Source: Microcystaceae cyanobacterium
GTDB taxonomy: Bacteria > Cyanobacteriota > Cyanobacteriia > Cyanobacteriales > Microcystaceae
Reading direction: 5' to 3'
Length of the DNA: 35,534 nucleotides
NCBI GenBank assembly: GCA_041746575.1
Contig: JBGTGT010000069.1
Location: 1 to 35,534 of the forward strand
Part shown: positions 20,599 to 30,832 of the stretch, piece after piece
How positions within the stretch are numbered: the stretch's first letter is position 1
Layout: every line of letters begins with the position of its first letter
The notes under the pieces: model-generated
Told to the model about the DNA's origin: nothing
The model's input: only the letters and a program-made list of their open reading frames with translations
Database searches by the model: none
Program-made: the position numbers and the translations under genes

Positions 20599-20790
20599 AT
20601 GTTTCAGCAATGGTTACAAAATATCAAAAATACGATCGTCCAAGATGTTCCCCCTGCTATCTCTCGGTGTGAGTTTGATTGTCGTAAAAGTGTAATGTGT
20701 CACGATTGTCCTTTGAGACAACGTTATACTCAGATGAGCCATCGGTCTTTGGGCAAAATTAACAGAAAAGTTGCAGAAATTAGCGGTTAA
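20599..20790 (+). CDS. Small Cys-rich hypothetical protein (63 aa)
   Basis: GGAG RBS, ATG start, and the motif IVQDVPP..CEFDC-x5-CHDC. Confidence 0.55.
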   Translation: MFQQWLQNIKNTIVQDVPPAISRCEFDCRKSVMCHDCPLRQRYTQMSHRSLGKINRKVAEISG

Positions 20791-20884
20791 TTCCGATTAC
20801 GATTTAAACAGCCCTTAGCGACTTAATGAGGCGTACGTTTGCGCCCAAACGTGTATTGCTATCAATAATAAATAACCTAAAATT

Positions 20885-21049
20885 ACGTGAGTTCGACCAT
20901 CAGAAAATCTACGAGAATTCTTTATTTAATTTTTTTTTGTGCAGGGGGTTTGGGGGGCTAGTCCCCCAATCAAGAATTTGTTTTTCTTTTCCTAATCCCA
21001 ACGAGAATGGACAAAAAAATTGAGATAATTGCCCTCGTCGAACTCACGT
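20885..21049. mobile_element. 165-bp MITE, probably IS982-family derived
   Basis: Perfect 13-bp TIRs ACGTGAGTTCGAC (20885-20897) and GTCGAACTCACGT (21037-21049), flanked by a 7-bp direct repeat TAAAATT (20878-20884, 21050-21056). No transposase. The family assignment is from recall of TIR shape. Confidence 0.85.
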
Positions 21050-21075
21050 TAAAATTAGTCCAAGTCCGAATAAGC

Positions 21076-21095
21076 AAAAAGGGGCAATGCCCCTT
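21076..21095 (-). terminator. Intrinsic terminator of ftsH2
   Basis: AAGGGGC-AAT-GCCCCTT stem with a U-tract on the minus strand, 27 nt after the stop. Confidence 0.75.
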
Positions 21096-21122
21096 AATAA
21101 GAATCTTAAGCGAAATGAGAAT

Positions 21123-23012
21123 TTAAGTCAGTTGGGGGATATAGGATTCCTTTTCAGGAACATGGGTATATTCCGCCACAATTTGCCGAAATTCTGCACC
21201 ATCAATGGTTTCTTTCTCAATTAAGAGATCCACCACTCGATCAACCACTTCACGGTTTTCCCGAATTAATTTCCGTGCCAGTTGATGAGCATTTTCAGCG
21301 ATGGTTCGCACTTGATCATCAATACGAGAAGCGACTGTTTCTGAATATTCTGAGCGATTCATTAAGCCACCCCCCAAAAAGACCTCACCCCCTGAACTTT
21401 CGAGGGAAACCGGCCCTAGATCACTCATACCGAAGCGAGTCACCATCTGACGTGCCATTTCAGCGACTTGTTGTAAATCGCCTCCTGCTCCCGTGGTGAC
21501 CTCTTCATAACCAAATACTTCCTCTTCCGCCGCGCGGCCGCCTAATGCTCCAGCAATGCGCGCCATGATTTGGGATTTGGTGGTTAATCCTTGTTCTTCG
21601 TTAGGGGTGAACCAAGTTAACCCTTGTGCCTGTCCACGAGGAATTAAGGTCACTTTTTGGACGGGATCGTGGTCTTTTAGGAGTGTACCCACCAACGCAT
21701 GACCTACTTCATGATAAGCAATTAACCGTTTACTCTTGCTATCTACCAAGGGCGTGCCTTCCATGCCAGCCACAACGCGATCAACAGCATCATCAATCTC
21801 TAACATGGTAATCGCTTCTTTACGACGACGAGCCGTTAAGATAGCCGCTTCGTTCAGTAGATTGGCTAAATCTGCCCCACTAAAGCCAGGGGTGCGACGG
21901 GCGATCGCTTCAAGGGAAATTTCAGGAGCCAGTTTTTTATTACGGGCGTGAACCTCCAAAATAGATAAACGTCCTTTAAAATCAGGCGCATCTACAATGA
22001 CTTGACGATCAAAGCGACCCGGACGCATTAAAGCAGAATCTAGCACATCAGGACGGTTGGTAGCCGCAATGATAATAATCCCCGTATTGCCTTCAAACCC
22101 ATCCATTTCCGTTAAGAGTTGGTTAAGGGTTTGTTCCCGCTCATCGTTACCGCCGCCGATGCCTGCGCCTCTCTGACGGCCAACAGCGTCAATTTCATCG
22201 ATAAAAATGAGACAAGGGGCGTTTTCTTTCGCTTTTTTGAATAAATCTCGTACGCGGGAAGCCCCAACCCCGACAAACATCTCCACAAATTCTGAACCAG
22301 AGATGCTGAAAAAGGGGACACCGGCCTCGCCAGCGATCGCTTTGGCCAACAAGGTTTTACCCGTTCCGGGCGGTCCTACTAAAAGAACACCTTTGGGAAT
22401 CTTAGCACCAACGGCAGTAAATTTCTCTGGTTGTTTGAGGAAAGTAACGATTTCCTGCAATTCTTCTTTGGCTTCATCAATTCCGGCTATATCCTCAAAG
22501 GTAATGCCGGTTTTTGCGTCCATCTGAAAGCGGGCGCGGGATTTACCAAAGTTCATCGCTTGGCCAGGCCCACCCGGTAAGTTACTGGAACGACGAAAGA
22601 GGAAGAATAACGAGCCAATTAATAGAATAGGAAAGAGTAAATTTCCTAAAAATCCCCATAGTGCGCCATCATTACGCAGAGGATGGGCATCAAAGCGAAT
22701 ATTGGACTCTCTCAGCTTGGCAATCAGATCGGGGGAATTGACGGGCAAATCTACCCGCGCTTGTTGCACTTGGTCGGTAATTTCGGGATCTACAGCTTTT
22801 ACGATGGCGGTACGACCACCTTCATACAGATCAACGCTGACAATGCGGCCAGCATCTAGATATTCAAGGAAACGCCCGTAAGTCATCCGAGTTTTAGCAA
22901 CATTGTTGCCCGCAATACTGGTAGCTGGGGCAAACGTGCCTTGCCACAAGAAAAAGCCGATGACCAACAGGGGCATCATCCACAGTAATAAGTTTCTCCA
23001 AGAAATTTTCAT
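21123..23012 (-). CDS. ftsH2: ATP-dependent zinc metalloprotease FtsH2
   Basis: Two TM helices, [18 protein letters not shown] and HEVGH. The lumenal [29 protein letters not shown] segment is typical of cyanobacterial FtsH2. Confidence 0.93.
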   Translation of the reverse strand: MKISWRNLLLWMMPLLVIGFFLWQGTFAPATSIAGNNVAKTRMTYGRFLEYLDAGRIVSVDLYEGGRTAIVKAVDPEITDQVQQARVDLPVNSPDLIAKLRESNIRFDAHPLRNDGALWGFLGNLLFPILLIGSLFFLFRRSSNLPGGPGQAMNFGKSRARFQMDAKTGITFEDIAGIDEAKEELQEIVTFLKQPEKFTAVGAKIPKGVLLVGPPGTGKTLLAKAIAGEAGVPFFSISGSEFVEMFVGVGASRVRDLFKKAKENAPCLIFIDEIDAVGRQRGAGIGGGNDEREQTLNQLLTEMDGFEGNTGIIIIAATNRPDVLDSALMRPGRFDRQVIVDAPDFKGRLSILEVHARNKKLAPEISLEAIARRTPGFSGADLANLLNEAAILTARRRKEAITMLEIDDAVDRVVAGMEGTPLVDSKSKRLIAYHEVGHALVGTLLKDHDPVQKVTLIPRGQAQGLTWFTPNEEQGLTTKSQIMARIAGALGGRAAEEEVFGYEEVTTGAGGDLQQVAEMARQMVTRFGMSDLGPVSLESSGGEVFLGGGLMNRSEYSETVASRIDDQVRTIAENAHQLARKLIRENREVVDRVVDLLIEKETIDGAEFRQIVAEYTHVPEKESYIPQLT

Positions 23013-23204
23013 GTTTACGTTGTTTCTCTAAAGGGGGTTTTCTCTATGATACGTTGTCGCTTTTGTCAAGTTCGTTAACATAACTTGCAAAAAATGGCTA
23101 TAAACCATTCACTCTGCTTAATCAAATTTAACGTAATTCTCAGATTTCTGGCAAGTCACCTGCCATCGGTAATCCGCAAATGGGGAACGGGAATTAGCCA
23201 TCAA

Positions 23205-23942
23205 TCATGAATCTAAATTGATTTGGCTAAAAAGACTCAAGTCGTTGGAAATAAAGCGATTAACACCTAAATCGTATAATTGCTGAGCAATGTGAACCTC
23301 ATCCACCGTCCAGACCACTAAGTCAATGTTATGTTGAAGACTATCCTGCACAATCGGGGGATAATCGAAAATAACCGAGTAGTGACAGCTTAAACATCCT
23401 TTATTGATTGCTTTTGCTTTGTGAAATTGCTGTTGATAATCAGCCGCATGGGTTAAAAAATAGCCTATTTTAAGTTTTGAATCAGAGAAAAGACAACGAG
23501 TTAAAAAATCTTCGTTAAATGAAGTAAGAATTGACTTTTTTTGAAGCCCTGATCTTTGCAAAAATAGGACAAAAGATTGGATTTCGGAATCCCTCCATTG
23601 AGCATGATTTTTAATATCAAAATAAAGGAAATGGGGAACTCGCTTCAGCAAGGGTAAAGCTTCCTCTAAAGTTGGAAGGGTTTGAGTTTCGTCAGTTATA
23701 TTCTGCTCTGTTTTAATGCTCAATTGCTGTAATTGTGCAAGGGATTTTTCTCGAATCGTTCCCTCTGTTTGCGTCAGACGATTTAAGGTTTGATCATGAA
23801 AAATGACCGGAACACCATCTGCAGAAATTTGCAGATCAAATTCAAGGGAATGGACGCCCCATTCTATTGCTTTTTGAAAAGCGAATAAAGTGTTTTCAGG
23901 CGCAATTTTACTATAACCGCGATGAGCAATGATTTCTAACAT
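23205..23942 (-). CDS. Glycerophosphodiester phosphodiesterase
   Basis: IIAHRG, PENTL, EFDLQ.SADG.PV.FHD, VWTVD. Confidence 0.92.
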   Translation of the reverse strand: MLEIIAHRGYSKIAPENTLFAFQKAIEWGVHSLEFDLQISADGVPVIFHDQTLNRLTQTEGTIREKSLAQLQQLSIKTEQNITDETQTLPTLEEALPLLKRVPHFLYFDIKNHAQWRDSEIQSFVLFLQRSGLQKKSILTSFNEDFLTRCLFSDSKLKIGYFLTHAADYQQQFHKAKAINKGCLSCHYSVIFDYPPIVQDSLQHNIDLVVWTVDEVHIAQQLYDLGVNRFISNDLSLFSQINLDS

Positions 23943-24030
23943 GAGCGATGGATAAGATGAAAAATGACCCCTATATTTTCTAACCTTTCACCCTCTATCT
24001 TGGAACGGAGTATCGAGTTGATGGGAAAAT

Positions 24031-24073
24031 GTATCCAAATCTACCGAATTAAGTTCCCTAAATCCACTATTGT
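24031..24073 (+). promoter_or_regulatory. NtcA-activated (class II-type) promoter of ntcB
   Basis: GTA-TCCAAATC-TAC (24031-24044), then 23 nt, then TATTGT (TAN3T, 24068-24073), 42 nt before the ATG. Confidence 0.7.
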
Positions 24074-24115
24074 CAAAATAGCAGACTTCTACCCTATTTT
24101 ATCTATCCTCGCACT

Positions 24116-25081
24116 ATGCGGATTGAGCAATTACAGGCTTTTTTGGCAGTCGCAGAAACGGGAAATTTTGGACAAGCCGCCCGTCGATGCGGTGTTACAC
24201 AATCCACCATTAGCCGTCAAATCCAGTCGTTAGAAAGCGATTTGGGACTTCCGCTCTTTCATCGTAGTTCTCAAGCAAAACTGACGGTAGCTGGCGAGAA
24301 GATGCTCCCCAGAGCGCGAAAAATGTGTCAAGAATGGTTGACCTTAAGCCAAGAGATCTTAGACTTGAAAGCCGGAAAGCAACCTGAATTATGTGTGGCG
24401 GCGATTCATTCGGTATGTTCTTTTTATTTACCTCCCATTTTACAGCAATTCTGCCGAGATTATCCCGATGTACAATTACGGGTTACTGCCTTAGGAAGCG
24501 ATCGCGCCCTTAAAGTGCTGCGGGATGGGTTAGTAGATGTAGCGATTGTGATGAATAACCGATTTTTGACCACCAGTCCTGAAATGGCTGTGGAAAGCCT
24601 ATACGAAGAACCGATAGAAGTTTTAATGTCCGTCAATCACCCGTTAACTCGCTACAACCCTATTCCTTGGTCAGAATTGGTTCACTATCCCCAAGTGGTG
24701 TTTAAGGATGGCTATGGGATGCAACGCTTGGTACAAGAATGGTTTGCCCGACAAGGGACAATTTTAAAGACGGTGATGGAGTTAAATACCCTCGACGCGT
24801 TTCGTGGCGTTGTCCGTCAGGGGGATATTATTGCATTATTACCGAGAATGGCGTTAGTAGAGGTGGAAACGGATCCTTCTTTGGCAGTTCGCTCCCTTGC
24901 CCCTTTTCCCGATGGGATGACGGTTAATGGTCGTTCTTCGCCCCAATTAACCCGTCAAGTGGTCCTCGTTACCACCCAAGATCGCTTACAAATTCCCCCG
25001 ATCGCACATTTTTGCCAGTTAGTGAAAACGTTAAATCAAGGGATTATTGAGCCTCATCCGCAGCCTAAAGTATCGGTATAA
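24116..25081 (+). CDS. ntcB: LysR-family nitrate/nitrite assimilation activator NtcB
   Basis: LysR HTH (VTQSTISRQIQ). ELCVAAIHSVC, LRVTALGSDRALKVL, YPQVVFKDGYGM and DRLQIPP match NtcB as I recall it. Upstream NtcA box. Confidence 0.88.
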   Translation: MRIEQLQAFLAVAETGNFGQAARRCGVTQSTISRQIQSLESDLGLPLFHRSSQAKLTVAGEKMLPRARKMCQEWLTLSQEILDLKAGKQPELCVAAIHSVCSFYLPPILQQFCRDYPDVQLRVTALGSDRALKVLRDGLVDVAIVMNNRFLTTSPEMAVESLYEEPIEVLMSVNHPLTRYNPIPWSELVHYPQVVFKDGYGMQRLVQEWFARQGTILKTVMELNTLDAFRGVVRQGDIIALLPRMALVEVETDPSLAVRSLAPFPDGMTVNGRSSPQLTRQVVLVTTQDRLQIPPIAHFCQLVKTLNQGIIEPHPQPKVSV

Positions 25082-25145
25082 GTTTCTTCATTGGCTAGAA
25101 GGTGTCTTCAAATAAATCTTAAGAAGTCTTTCAATACTTATCCTC

Positions 25146-25193
25146 GGTGGGTTACGTACGGCAAATTATTTCATTTCACCTAACCTACCCTAC
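25146..25193. repeat. GTAG-type REP-like inverted repeat between convergent ntcB and GNAT genes
   Basis: GGTGGGTTA ... TAACCTACC-CTAC. The minus strand begins GTAGGGTAGGTTA. Confidence 0.5.
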
Positions 25194-25213
25194 CCAAAGG
25201 TTTAATATTTTCT

Positions 25214-25720
25214 TTATGGATACCCTCTCGAAGAAAAAGGCCGTTGTGAGTTTGACTTTAATTTTTTCCCCGTTAAGCGACAAATTCGCCATTCTTCTAA
25301 AATCGTCGCCCCCATTTGTTGATAAAAAGCGATCGCCGGTTCATTCCAGTCCAAAACACTCCATTCTAAGCGACCTGCTCCCCGTTGAGCCGCTAATTGG
25401 GCAACATGATTCAATAAAGCTTTCCCGATCCCCCGACGACGATAGTCGGGTAAAACAAAAATATCTTCGATATAAATGCCCGGTTGAGTCAGAAAAGTCG
25501 AGTAATTCGGGAAAAATAAGGCGAATCCTACAGTCTTACCTTCCCATTCTGCTACGACAGATTCAATAAAGGGATGATCACCGAAAAGATGTTCTTTTAA
25601 CTGGGCAGAATTGCCTATCACGAGATGAGACAACTGTTCATATTCTGCTAAGGCTTTAATTAGACGAAAAAGCGTCGGAACATCCTGAGGCGTCACCGAA
25701 CGAATCAGACAGGAAGTCAT
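25214..25720 (-). CDS. GNAT-family N-acetyltransferase (SSAT-like)
   Basis: LAEYE, NYSTF, YIEDIFV, RRRGIG acetyl-CoA motif, LEWSVLDWNEPAIAFY. Start is ATG 25720 or TTG 25726. Confidence 0.92.
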   Translation of the reverse strand: MTSCLIRSVTPQDVPTLFRLIKALAEYEQLSHLVIGNSAQLKEHLFGDHPFIESVVAEWEGKTVGFALFFPNYSTFLTQPGIYIEDIFVLPDYRRRGIGKALLNHVAQLAAQRGAGRLEWSVLDWNEPAIAFYQQMGATILEEWRICRLTGKKLKSNSQRPFSSRGYP

Positions 25721-25839
25721 TGCCAATACAAGGTTAAATTTTTAGAGAAAAATCTATTATAAGCAATTTAAAAGCAGTCTTTAGCAAAAAAAACTTGTTT
25801 TTACTGACTATTGCTCATAACTTGACTTCCCAATCAAGT

Positions 25840-26949
25840 TTAAGATAACCATCCTTTCAGGCGACGAGCCACTTGAGGACGACGTAATTTACGCATGGCT
25901 TTGCTTTGAATTTGGCGCACTCTTTCGCGGGAAAGATTAAAGATGCCACCGACTTCTTCAAGGGTATGGGGTTGGCTAGTAGTTAGACCATAACGCAAGG
26001 AAATAACATCTTTTTCGCGTTCGGTGAGAACATCACTCAAAACAGCCGATATTTCGCTTTGGAGCATACGCTCGCTCATTTTTTCTTCGGGAAGCAATAA
26101 ATCTTGGTCTTCCAGTAAATCCACTAACTCGGTGTCTTCTCCTTTGCCGACACGATGATTAAGAGAGAGAGATTGTCGCCGCAGTTGCAAGAGTTGATGT
26201 AATTGATGAGTGTTAATTTCTAATTCATCGGCTAATTCTTTTTCTGTGGGATTCCGTTGCAATTGTTGCTTCAAAACTCGTTGGGCTTTTTTTAGCTTAT
26301 TGAGTTTTTCAACGATATGAATCGGTAGGCGAATGGTGCGGGCATCGTTAGCAATGGTACGGGTAATCGCTTGACGAATCCACCAGTAGGCATAGGTAGA
26401 GAATTTGTAACCTTTGTTGGGGTCAAATTTTTCTGCCGCCCGGTTTAAACCAATCGCACCTTCTTGAATTAAATCTAAGAAAGGGACACCTCTGTTGAGA
26501 TAACGCTTGGCAATAGAAACAACTAGCCGCAAATTAGAGCGAATCATTTTTCTTTTGGACATTCGTCCTCGATAGAGGCGATTTTCTAACTGGCGTTCGT
26601 TGTCTAATCCGAGATGGTTCGCAAGTTCCAGTTTGGTGGGAAAACGATTGAGGTTGGCTTGGAGTGCTTGCTGGGATTCTTCGGCTTTGAGTAGAAATTG
26701 AACGGATTGGGCGAGTTCTATTTCTTCATCCGGATCTAACAACGGATAACGCGCCATTTCCTTGAAAAAAGCTCCCACTGTATCTTCAGCGACTGCCTTA
26801 CTGTATCTAGGACTAGCGGTGGCCTCTAAATCTTCATCGAGTTCTGAAAAATCAACTTCTATCTGCGGTATTTCTGAGGGTTTGCCATCGAAATTGTTTT
26901 CGATTGAAGAGAGGGTAACATTAGGGGGTATAGGGTTAGTAGAATTCAT
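25840..26949 (-). CDS. sigE: Group 2 RNA polymerase sigma factor SigE
   Basis: [72 protein letters not shown]. Divergent from priA. Confidence 0.92.
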   Translation of the reverse strand: MNSTNPIPPNVTLSSIENNFDGKPSEIPQIEVDFSELDEDLEATASPRYSKAVAEDTVGAFFKEMARYPLLDPDEEIELAQSVQFLLKAEESQQALQANLNRFPTKLELANHLGLDNERQLENRLYRGRMSKRKMIRSNLRLVVSIAKRYLNRGVPFLDLIQEGAIGLNRAAEKFDPNKGYKFSTYAYWWIRQAITRTIANDARTIRLPIHIVEKLNKLKKAQRVLKQQLQRNPTEKELADELEINTHQLHQLLQLRRQSLSLNHRVGKGEDTELVDLLEDQDLLLPEEKMSERMLQSEISAVLSDVLTEREKDVISLRYGLTTSQPHTLEEVGGIFNLSRERVRQIQSKAMRKLRRPQVARRLKGWLS

Positions 26950-27324
26950 AGGCGAATAATTAAATTAGATTCAGAAAAACAGGGAAAACCTTAAGGTAAA
27001 TCGGATTATTTCGTTGGGTTCTTATGGGCTTGATTGTTGCATTGAAAGGTCATTCTTCAATTTTTTTAAGGTTTTTTTAATAAAGGGATCAGAAGACGAG
27101 AAAGATAGATTTGAAGACCAAGAGGAGCAGAAAGCGTTGTTTGCTGGCTTGAGAATATTTAGAGAGAAATCTGTTCTTTGTCTCCATCAGAGTACCAGAA
27201 ATTTCTAAATGTTTTGTTTTTCTAATCACAAAATGAAGCAAATTAGATTGAGAAATTTTAAGAGAGCAGCTTCTTTGTCAAGCTTTCTTGAAATTCAAGA
27301 ATTTCTCCGAAAAACCCCTGAATG

Positions 27325-27338
27325 GTAACTGCCTATAC
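27325..27338. promoter_or_regulatory. NtcA box in the sigE-priA divergent region
   Basis: GTA-ACTGCCTA-TAC. sigE is a known NtcA target in Synechocystis. No clean TAN3T at the canonical 22 nt on the sigE side. Confidence 0.55.
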
Positions 27339-27570
27339 TTTAACCGATTTCCTTAAAATTGGGGAGAGAAGCAGAAAATCTCTTAATACTTAATTACAAA
27401 CAAATCTAAAGAAAAGTTTAAGAAAAAGGAGGAGCAGAAGGCAGGGAGAATGACTAAGCTGATACGATGGATCAATGAGTTTTTAAAAAGCGACAGGAGG
27501 GACTTAAAATAGGTCGTTGAAATTAAGGCACAACCGCTTAACCCAGTCAAAATTGATTTTACGTGGAACG

Positions 27571-30180
27571 ATGTCTCTTTTTTCCGTTGCAGAACCCAAT
27601 AGTCGTTACCAAACGGCTTTTTTTAACCCTCAATGGGTTGAAGTCTTGGTTGATTGTCCGATTACCGCCGCTTCAACCCAATCATCTCTCGATCATCAAG
27701 ATTCCGCCACCGCCTCCGCCGAAAATGAATTAACTTCTGCGCAAACGTTATCATTTCAACCTTTCACTCCGTCAAATTATCAAGCTTATACCTATCGAGT
27801 TCCTTTACATTTAAGCGTTCAGCCGGGGTATCTTGTGCTGGTGCCTTTTGGAGGACAAAAACTGAGCGGCATGGTGCTGAGAACAATCGACACCCTTCCT
27901 GAAGATTTATTGCCTCATGATATTAAAGAAATTGTCGAAATTTTAAGCGATAATTTACTCCCGTCTTACTATTGGCAGTTATTAAATAAAGTAGCGACCT
28001 ATTATTATACGGATCTTTATAAAGTCGTCAAAGCCGCTTTTCCACCCAAACTTTTTGTGCGATCGCAGAAACGAATTCGACTTTGTTTAGATAACATTCC
28101 GAAAGGACACGAACACTTCTGCAGTTCAACGGCTCAACGCATTATTACGCTTTTGAAATCATCTAAAGAAGGTCATTATAGCTGGAGTTATCTTAAGCAA
28201 CAAATAAAAACAAACCATTTACAACGCGGCATCAGCGAATTATTAAAACGAGGCTGGATCGAAAGTTATGAAGAATTACCTCAAGAAAATCAACCGAAAA
28301 CCCAACGGGTGATTACGCTTATTGGTGATCGATTTTCTCTTGATCTCAATCAACGTCAGCAAGAAATATTACAAGTTCTCAAAAATGAAGGAGGAGAGGT
28401 TTTTGTTACTGATTTTTTGAAAATTGCTAAAACAACAATCCCGACCTTAAGAAATTTAGAGCAAGCCGGTTTTATTACGATTGAAGAAAGGGAAATTTTA
28501 CGAATTGCCAGAGGCATTGAGCAAGAAAAAGATGAAATCAAATCTTTAATGCCTGCTCAACAAAATGCCCTAAAAGTCATAAAAAGCACTCTAAACAAAT
28601 ACGCTCAGATATTATTACATGGTGTCACCGGATCGGGCAAAACAGAGGTTTATTTACAAGCGATCGCTCCTATTTTAGCCCAAGGAAAATCTGCCTTGAT
28701 TCTTGTTCCTGAAATTGGCTTAACTCCTCAATTAACTGATCGTTTTCGGGCGCGTTTTAATCAACAGATTTGTGTTTATCATAGCGGTTTATCCGATGGC
28801 GAAAGATACGATACATGGCGACAGTTGTTAACCCCTCATCAACCTCAAGTCATTATTGGCACAAGATCAGCGATTTTTTTGCCTATTTTGAATTTGGGAA
28901 TGATTATTCTTGACGAAGAACACGATAGTAGTTTTAAGCAAATTAATACTTTACCCAACTATCACACCCGCACTGTCGCACAATGGCGCGCTGAATTAGA
29001 CAATTGTCCCTTAATTCTGGGATCAGCGACCCCTTCGTTGGAAAGTTGGTTAAATATTAAAGTCAATCCGCTTAATTTTCCTGCTCAAACTTATTATCTC
29101 TCTTTGCCTGAACGAATCCAATCTCGTCCTCTTCCTCCTGTCACCCTTGTCGATATGCGTCAAGAATTACAACGAGGTAACCGTTCAATTTTTAGTCTTT
29201 CCCTACAAAATGCCTTAAATAAACTCCAAGAAGAACAAAAACAAGGAATTCTTTTTGTCAACCGTCGAGGACACAGCACGTTTGTTTCCTGTCGTAACTG
29301 TGGTTATGTCCTAGAATGTCCCCATTGTGACGTTTCTCTGTCTTATCATTACACCCATCAAGGTGCAACGGAATTGCTTCGCTGTCATTACTGTAATCAT
29401 ACCGCTTTACAACCCCGTCACTGTCCTGAATGCCGCTCTCCTTATCTTAAATTCTTTGGCAGTGGTACGCAAAAAGTCACCCAAGAGCTAACTCGTCAGT
29501 TTCCCTCTCTCCGTTGGTTGCGCTTTGACAGCGACACTACCCGTAAAAAGGGCGCACATCGCCAATTATTAGACCAATTTACTCAAGGAGAGGCGGATTT
29601 ATTGGTAGGAACGCAAATGCTAACCAAAGGACTAGATTTAGCTCAAGTCACGCTAGTCGGGGTAATTGCGGCTGATGGTTTATTGTATCATTCGGATTAT
29701 CGGTCCGCAGAAAGAGCCTTTCAAACCTTAACACAAGTGGCAGGACGGACAGGACGAGGGGAAGATCCCGGTCGAGTGATAATACAAACCTACTGCCCTG
29801 AGCATCCCGTTATTCAAGCCGTAAGAAATCACGATTATGTGAGTTTCGTTGAAGCAGAATTACCAAAACGGGAAGAATTATATTACCCACCCTACGGAAG
29901 CTTGATTTTAATCCATTTTGCAGGTTTAAACCTTGAAGAAGTCCAACAAACGGCCGAGTCAGTTGCAGAAGCTTGCCGTGATCGGGTCAATACCGATTGT
30001 GAAATCTTGGGACCAGCACCCGCTACGATTATGAGAGTGGCGAATCGTTACCGTTGGCATCTTTTATTAAAGTTTTCGACGCTCAATGTTGATCAACTGC
30101 CTCAATTGAACACTTTACAGTCTTTGTGTCCTCGCTCAGTAACAATGACCTTAGACGTTGATCCTTTAAGTATTAATTAG
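27571..30180 (+). CDS. priA: Primosomal protein N' (replication restart helicase)
   Basis: HGVTGSGKTEVY, LVPEIGLTPQ, DEEHD, four CxxC zinc pairs, QVAGRTGR. ATG 27571 is preferred over TTG 27517. Confidence 0.97.
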   Translation: MSLFSVAEPNSRYQTAFFNPQWVEVLVDCPITAASTQSSLDHQDSATASAENELTSAQTLSFQPFTPSNYQAYTYRVPLHLSVQPGYLVLVPFGGQKLSGMVLRTIDTLPEDLLPHDIKEIVEILSDNLLPSYYWQLLNKVATYYYTDLYKVVKAAFPPKLFVRSQKRIRLCLDNIPKGHEHFCSSTAQRIITLLKSSKEGHYSWSYLKQQIKTNHLQRGISELLKRGWIESYEELPQENQPKTQRVITLIGDRFSLDLNQRQQEILQVLKNEGGEVFVTDFLKIAKTTIPTLRNLEQAGFITIEEREILRIARGIEQEKDEIKSLMPAQQNALKVIKSTLNKYAQILLHGVTGSGKTEVYLQAIAPILAQGKSALILVPEIGLTPQLTDRFRARFNQQICVYHSGLSDGERYDTWRQLLTPHQPQVIIGTRSAIFLPILNLGMIILDEEHDSSFKQINTLPNYHTRTVAQWRAELDNCPLILGSATPSLESWLNIKVNPLNFPAQTYYLSLPERIQSRPLPPVTLVDMRQELQRGNRSIFSLSLQNALNKLQEEQKQGILFVNRRGHSTFVSCRNCGYVLECPHCDVSLSYHYTHQGATELLRCHYCNHTALQPRHCPECRSPYLKFFGSGTQKVTQELTRQFPSLRWLRFDSDTTRKKGAHRQLLDQFTQGEADLLVGTQMLTKGLDLAQVTLVGVIAADGLLYHSDYRSAERAFQTLTQVAGRTGRGEDPGRVIIQTYCPEHPVIQAVRNHDYVSFVEAELPKREELYYPPYGSLILIHFAGLNLEEVQQTAESVAEACRDRVNTDCEILGPAPATIMRVANRYRWHLLLKFSTLNVDQLPQLNTLQSLCPRSVTMTLDVDPLSIN

Positions 30181-30225
30181 AATAAGGACACTAAGGGTAA
30201 AGTTGGAAAATTGTCAAGAAATGAG

Positions 30226-30254
30226 TTGACAATGGAGTAGATATATCTTAGTCT
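30226..30254 (+). promoter_or_regulatory. Putative sigma70 promoter P1
   Basis: TTGACA-N17-TAGTCT. The -35 is one arm of the inverted repeat TTGTCAA-N8-TTGACAA (30211-30232). Confidence 0.55.
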
Positions 30255-30426
30255 ATGTGATGTCACCTAAGTATATATCCGACGGCTGATTGCTGCTCCA
30301 AGTTTTTTTTACGACTATAGGCAGAAGGAAAAAAAGCTTTTAAGTGTGCGCCTGAGCTCTAAAGACGTAGAAAACTCATGTATTTGCCTAGTAGGCGACA
30401 ATGTTATGCAATTTTTGGGCTATTCC

Positions 30427-30455
30427 TTGACAAAATCAATAGCTCATAGTAGAAT
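30427..30455 (+). promoter_or_regulatory. Putative sigma70 promoter P2
   Basis: TTGACA-N17-TAGAAT, near-perfect consensus. Confidence 0.7.
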
Positions 30456-30832
30456 GGTTGGCATCGTTTAAGTAAATACTCGGAACAACGGTTTCCACCC
30501 CCTAGTAGTTTTACTACTATAGAGGACGGAAGAAAGACACCTTTGAGTGCGCTTCCCAATCTTGGAGAGATAGAATAACTGTGTCAAAATTGACTATCTT
30601 TCCTTGGTTAACTCAACCCGATCAATTTTTAACAGTGAATAAAGACAATGTTGACAGGTGGTTTGCAATCAACTCAAGCCAAAAAGATTGAGGTTGTTTT
30701 GATTCGTACGATGAAATGAACGAACACTTACCGACCGTAAAACGATTCTTTCGCTAACTAGAAAAGCAATTCGTTTAAGACAAAAGGAGAAAGCGGATCA
30801 TTACAAAGTCCTTTGGGGAAGTTCTGTCTTTT

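Noticed and set aside
20826..21023. 65-aa ORF from the track
   Set aside because: It lies mostly inside the MITE and has no protein-like features.
23070..23140. HLR1-like sequence upstream of ftsH2
   Set aside because: Only degenerate half-sites with wrong spacing, so it cannot be supported from sequence alone.
27014..27208. 64-aa + strand ORF in the sigE leader
   Set aside because: TTG start, no RBS, low-complexity sequence. More likely the antisense of the sigE 5' UTR.
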